Source: Ranitomeya imitator
Taxonomy: Eukaryota
DNA: 64,000 bases
Assembly (NCBI RefSeq): GCF_032444005.1
Contig: NC_091282.1
Location: 1,129,516,001 to 1,129,580,000 of the forward strand
Direction: 5' to 3'
The translations under genes were made by a program, and so were the position numbers. Positions within the stretch are counted from its first letter, which is position 1. The number at the start of each line of letters is the position of its first letter. The notes beneath the pieces are model-generated. The model was not told where the DNA came from and did not search any database. It saw nothing but the letters and a program-made list of their open reading frames with translations. This document shows, piece by piece, positions 58,557 through 64,000 of this stretch.

Positions 58557-58770
58557 GAAAAAATTGGAACAGCATCAAATTACTACCTTACAAGGCATGC
58601 AGAGCTCTCCTGACCAGCAATCCAATGGTCAAAAAGTAATAAACTCAAAAAAAAGGAAAAGCAGCACAAAATAATTGAAAAAAAGCGGACTTTAATGCCT
58701 GAATGGCGTGGCAACGTTTCGGATGTGTTATCCTTTGTGCTGCTTTTCCTTTTTTTTGAGTTTTTTTATA
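58555..58770. mobile_element. Penelope-like terminal fragment in (TA)n, partial inverted structure
   Basis: Shares TTTAATGCCTG..GGCGTGGCAACGTTTCGGAT and AACAGCATCA with 44060-44342; (TA)n at 58517-58551 and 58768-58822. Confidence 0.55.
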
Positions 58771-58786
58771 TATATATATATATATA

Positions 58787-58825
<39 letters not shown>

Positions 58826-59382
58826 ATTTATCTGCACATTATCTATAATCAAAAATTCTATATATCGAAAAGAACAAAAACAGAACTTTGTAACTGATCT
58901 ACAGTTGCTATTGGGATAAAGTCTTCACTGAGTTTCCATTTAAGAAGTCAGTAAGGTTTACTGCACTTGAAAGGAGAGCGGTGGCTTCATGGTATCCAGC
59001 ACTAGCAGTCTGCGGGTTTAATGAGCTTCGTGGGGAGCACGGATCTGAATTACATGTATCAATTTAACCTCTGGCAGCGCCCCGTCATGGTTTGAATTAG
59101 CGACCACTGGGCTTCTCTTTATTTGATGCATTTATAGTGATAGTCATGGTGATGATACAGGTCAGTGAGGTGAAAATCGCCTGCCCATAGAGACTGCTTG
59201 TTACACAGCAGTGTACATGACTCAGCCGTGCTATTCACTGCATTATTGCTCCCAGATGGTAGATGCCCAGCAATGTCAGCCTCTTATATATATTGTGAGT
59301 ATCACATCCGCATTCTTCGCATTCACTGCTAAGCACAGGCCTCACATTTTCCAGCCCTCGATTTAATAATAACATGTCAGGC

Positions 59383-61006
59383 CTTGACTTTTGGATATGG
59401 GATGGACCCCACTCCTTCTTAAAACCACCATAACTACTGTAAACCTAGGTACTAAAATAAATACACAAAACACATTATTTTGGTTGTCAAAATGGCCACA
59501 GCTTTTATTCAAATCACAGGATTAAATAATCACAGTAGGAGTCAGGTGGAGTGCTAGTACATTGGGATTCACAAGTACTGCGATATCCCCAGCTGTCTGA
59601 CATACAGCACCAGGACAGACAGCCATAAAGGGGCGGCACGCACTGGCTTGCCATTCAAGCAGAGCCAGTAAACTTTCAGGGCACCAATGACCCTATTATC
59701 CTCACTCCTGTGCTTAACCACTGTGCCCGCCCCTGATTGATGTTACCATTACAACGTCCTTGAGGCTGGCCACCAAAGCCGAGCCTGCTCACCACCATGA
59801 GGTTTTACATCCTCTATTAGTTAAAATGAGTCCACCTTAACTTGTCTGCAACTTCCACCTGACTCCTAAACCGCAAAGCCGTGACGGGTTATAAATTCCA
59901 AGTCTCATTTGACACTTTTATTTATTTATTTTTTTAATAATTAAATCATTTTTGCAAACTTAAAAATTAGGAGTCCCTGCAAAAGCATTAATGGGACTAA
60001 ACTTGGCAAACCCCCGACTCACAAAGAGTCATCCTACAGCACTCAGGAGAGGAAAAACCCCCTGTGGTGGAAACCTCCAGGGAACCATGGCTGAAGGATT
60101 GCCCTTCCCTTGGGCTTAGAAGGTTACCGCAAATAATAACTCTTTATAGCCAATATACAATTGAACCTGGTACAAGATATACAATGACAAATTCAAAAAT
60201 ACAATAAAGCATTTATCATTATACAAGCAATAATTAAAAAGTTTAAGGACAGAGATTATAAACAGGGCGGGAGGGCGGGTAATGTTTCCTCCTGTCCATC
60301 GTGTGAGAGAAAGAGGGAGAGCCAGAGTTTCCTCCCCTATATAAGCCCCACCCTCCTCACAGTAATACACCAGGCACAAACATCTAAACTCCTTCCTCTT
60401 AAAGCAACATCACTCTTGTTTAAAATCTATACTGCAATACAAACAAAGGCTGCAGGAGTTCTCAGTCCACCCATCCCCAAGTCATGTCCACCTCCATCTA
60501 GTCTCCAGTGGTTTCTTGACTTTTGGATATGGGATGGACCCCACTCCTTCTTAAAACCACCATAACTACTGTAAACCTAGGTACTAAAATAAATACACAA
60601 AACACATTATTTTGGTTGTCAAAATGGCCACAGCTTTTATTCAAATCACAGGATTAAATAATCACAGTAGGAGTCAGGTGGAGTGCTAGTACATTGGGAT
60701 TCACAAGTACTGCGATATCCCCAGCTGTCTGACATACAGCACCAGGACAGACAGCCATAAAGGGGCGGCACACACTGGCTTGCCATTCAAGCAGAGCCAG
60801 TAAACTTTCAGGGCACCAATGACCCTATTATCCTCACTCCTGTGCTTAACCACTGTGCCCGCCCCTGATTGATGTTACCATTACAACATCCTTGAGGCTG
60901 GCCACCAAAGCCGAGCCTGCTCACCACCATGAGGTTTTACATCCTCTATTAGTTAAAATGAGTCCACCTTAAGTTGTCTGCAACTTCCACCTGACTCCTA
61001 AACCGC
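59383..61006. repeat. Two 492-bp direct repeats (59383-59874, 60515-61006) with a 640-bp spacer
   Basis: Three substitutions found by eye; no TG..CA termini. The minus strand has AATAAAAGCTGTGGCC, similar to AATAAAGGCTGCTGTGGCC in Ngaro repeat B1. Confidence 0.9.
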
Positions 61007-61974
61007 CACCAGCGAGGCCATTTGACACCTTGAATGGACTCGACCCCCATCACCCATGCCTAATAAAGTCATCAACCAGATCTGCATGCTATGGAAGGAC
61101 TGTGCATATAAGGAACAAAATTCCAGGACTGCAACAGATTAATTTTAACAATGCAACACTACCAAATTATGATCGATAATATGGTAACTACAGCAAAATA
61201 CCAGCCGCTAAACATCCTGCAATGTGGATCCTATAATAGGGAATGCAGAAACTAAACCATAACAAAGGGGTAGCCACAGTCTGACTATCTGTATAATGAC
61301 ATCTGTGATGCCTCAAAAACTATTATACTGCATGTATTGTAGCCAGCTCTAATAACTCACTAATTCACAGATTTCAGTTCAAGAAACCACCATTACATAC
61401 AGTAGCTGGGCTGTGCAGTAACCAATTCTTAAACCCACTTACTATTACTACCCAAAAAGTGATGAGTGTATGTAAAGAGAAAGATACTATAAACAAAGAG
61501 TAATTAAAAGCCATACACAATATAATATCGACATTATAACCGATCATTAACTAATTTAAATAATTTCTGCAATATTTGGACATGGTAAATGAAATAAGCC
61601 TATAGCAGAAAAGTCTACAAAGACATTATTAATAACCGTGCCACGCCATTGTTAATTGCTTTACAGGCACTTAATAACATATACCATTAACCTTCTGCAA
61701 TTGGGACAAAGGCATTGGGAATAGGCACATTGCCCTTCATGTTAATGCACTTGATGTCTTCACCCCGAGCCGCTCCCACTGGCTCAAGGGCATCGGGATG
61801 CACTTTATTACTTTTCTCTTAGTCACTCCCACTGACTCCAGGGCACCCATATTAGGTACATTGCTCTTCAGTTTAATGCCCCAGATTACTGCATCGTCCA
61901 GACAACAACCTTGAAAGAAATAGGAGTTGGTCAATATAAACAGTCAAAATCTGTGCCTCAGCATTCTCTAGTCA

Positions 61975-62565
61975 CAGGTACTATTCAGGACCTCGTATAT
62001 GACCTGTCCAGGTGCTATTCAGGACGTCAGTCCAACACCCCAGGCATATAACCTGTCCAGGTGCTATTCATGACATCAGTCCAACATCCCAGGCATATGA
62101 CCTGTCCAGGTGCTATTCAGGACGTCAGTCCAATACCCCAGGCATATAACCTGTCCAGGTGCTATTCAGAACGTAGTCCAACACCCCAGGCATATGACCT
62201 GTCCAGGTGTTATTCAGGACCTCGTCCAACACCCCAGGCATATGACCTGTCCAGGTACTATTCAGGACCTCGTCCAACACCCCAGGCATATGACCTGTCC
62301 AGGTACTATTCAGGACCTCGTCCAACACCCCAGGCATATGACCTGTCCAGGTACTATTCAAGACCTCGTCCAACACCCCAGGCATATGACCTGTCCAGGT
62401 ACTATTCAGGACCTCGTCCAACACCCCAGGCATATGACCTGTCCAGGTGCTATTCAGGACCTCGTCCAACACCCCAGGCATATGACCTGTCCAGGTACTA
62501 TTCAGGACCTCGTCCAACACCCCAGGCATATAACCTGTCCAGGTTCTATTCAGGACCTCATCCAA
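61975..62565. repeat. Minisatellite, 48-bp unit (ACCTGTCCAGGTACTATTCAGGACCTCGTCCAACACCCCAGGCATATG), ~12 copies
   Basis: Visible tandem array; followed by a degenerate ~37-bp CCAGGGGG array at ~62655-62870. Confidence 0.95.
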
Positions 62566-62920
62566 AACCCAATTTGTATGCATGTAGAATATGATTGCCA
62601 TGACCACAGGGACTTTACCCTAACAGGGTCTTATAAGATATAAATGCTTCTGGAGACCAGGGGGCCATACCGTGATGGTCACTCCTCCACACCAGGGGGC
62701 CATACCAAAGATGGTTACATCTCCATTCCAGGGGGTCATACTATGATGTACACCCCTCCATCCAGGGGCCACACCCGAGATGTTTACTCCTCCACACAAG
62801 GGGTGATACTATGATGAACACCCCCCCCTAAACAGAGGGTCCATACCTGAGATGGTTACCCCTACTGACCAAATTATAATTAGCTTCAAGGACCCACTAA
62901 AAAAGAAACAAATAAGTGCT

Positions 62921-63420
62921 TTTTTTTTTTTTTTTAAATACACACCTTTATTAATACAAACATACAATAACCCAACAAAGCATAAATAACCTTAGCTAGC
63001 TGGGAGGAGTCCTTGAAGCTCATAAGATCTGGAGATTACCAAGCATAAAGTGAACATAAAATGTACCAACAATTACTCCCAGCCGTTACCCCACTAGCTC
63101 GGGAGCACCAAAACCACAGGGTTCCAATGTTCACTTGAACTTCCTGAGGATTCAACAAACCCTTGCTGAAAATCCCCTTTACCATTCACCAGATCAAGAA
63201 CCAAATTAAATTCCAAAAAGAGGAATCAATATCCCAATGGATCCCCCAGACCAATTTATAACCAACTTCAAGGACCCCCCCCCCTAACTGCACAAGATGT
63301 GGGATAAGTGAAGATGAAAACACCATGTAAGTTTACAACCAAGGCATATTACAGGTTGATACTGGAAAATGTCCCATCATAAGGTCAGATACATTCGATG
63401 ATGGGCAATGCTGTTATATG
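62921..63420 (-). mobile_element. Possible decayed L1/Tx1-type LINE 3' end
   Basis: Minus strand ends AATAAAGGTGTGTATTT(A)n; one frame has CLGC..HLSHILCS resembling the C-terminal CCHC knuckle. Very degenerate. Confidence 0.35.
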
Positions 63421-63779
63421 CTGTAACAATAAAGAAGCCGCCTGCTCCTCTACAGCAGTTACAGACAGGCTCTCTAATCATCAGCTGCACATACATCGTA
63501 AGAAAATATAATATGTAGGTCTAGTATAAGCTGCCTGCAGCCATAAGTGTATGTGCAGAAAACTGCAAGGTCTGTGTCCCCAGTCAGTCACACTACCTAC
63601 ATACAATAGACGAGAGACAGGGCTGAAAACTGGGCCCATGATGTGTTCTCCAGAGCAAGGTGCAGCATCACACTAGGAGTGCCCACTCACTGCCCGCCAT
63701 GTGCTGAGTTATTAGTGCCCACTCACTGCCCCCGCCATGTGCTGAGTTATTAGTGCCCACTCACTGCCCGCCATGTGCT

Positions 63780-64000
63780 CAGTGGCGTAGGAAGGGGGGT
63801 GCGGGGGGGGGGCGGTCCGCCCCGGGCGGCACAATGCGGGGGGCGGCCGGCGCTGCTGGAGAAGAAAAAAAAAAAAAAAGACGCCCCTTTAAATCTTCGG
63901 GCGGCGCCGTCCGCCGCCACGACCAGGGCCAGCTCCCCCCACCACCGGACCCCGCCCCCCGCTCTATACTCACCTCTCCTGGTTCCTGCGGCGCCGGCAG
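63780..64000. mobile_element. Left end of a GC-rich hAT-like MITE, running off the window
   Basis: Starts CAGTGGCGTAGG; GC-rich; TACTCACC motif at 63967-63974. Preceded by three ~36-bp tandem units (~63675-63779). Other end and TSD not visible. Confidence 0.45.

Noticed and set aside
61975-62643. 48-bp array as a CRISPR-like array or a repeat protein (RPTPQAYDLSRYYSGP)n
   Set aside because: Units are contiguous with no unique spacers and the context is eukaryotic. A unit length divisible by 3 keeps three frames open, so the ORFs are uninformative.
1-64000. Host protein-coding gene, rRNA, tRNA or prokaryotic systems
   Set aside because: None recognisable. Small exons in the unique islands cannot be excluded without RNA-seq or homology search.

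Overview
Eukaryotic, vertebrate-type non-coding DNA made almost entirely of nested transposable elements. The repeat repertoire (T2/Kolobok-type TTAA MITEs, Harbinger and hAT MITEs, CR1, L2, RTE, Ngaro, Tc1, Helitrons, Penelope-like pieces, Gypsy solo LTRs, many ~30-bp minisatellites) suggests an anuran (frog) genome; this is inference. I found no host gene exon, rRNA, tRNA or CRISPR array, and most ORF-track entries are repeat or antisense artefacts. Main structures: (1) an old Ngaro (tyrosine-recombinase) retrotransposon at 9072-20510 with gag, RT/RNase H, YR and an SGNH-hydrolase ORF. (2) Inside it, a young CR1 LINE into which a near-identical CR1 copy has inserted antisense next to its own homologous sequence, giving a ~2.8-kb palindrome with a 34-bp spacer. 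(3) An apparently intact DD34E Tc1 transposon at 50628-52240 with identical 200-bp TIRs and an open 334-aa transposase. (4) Two Russian-doll hAT composites (2611-8997 and 34448-46901) whose insertion order can be read from exact TSDs. (5) A recurring MITE architecture in which a GC-rich palindromic core is bracketed by outward-facing 5' splice-site consensus motifs. (6) A Penelope-like perfect palindrome carrying a U3-A8 hammerhead-like motif on both strands. Coordinates were counted by hand; those marked approximate may be off by tens of bases. Family names come from motif recognition, not database searches.
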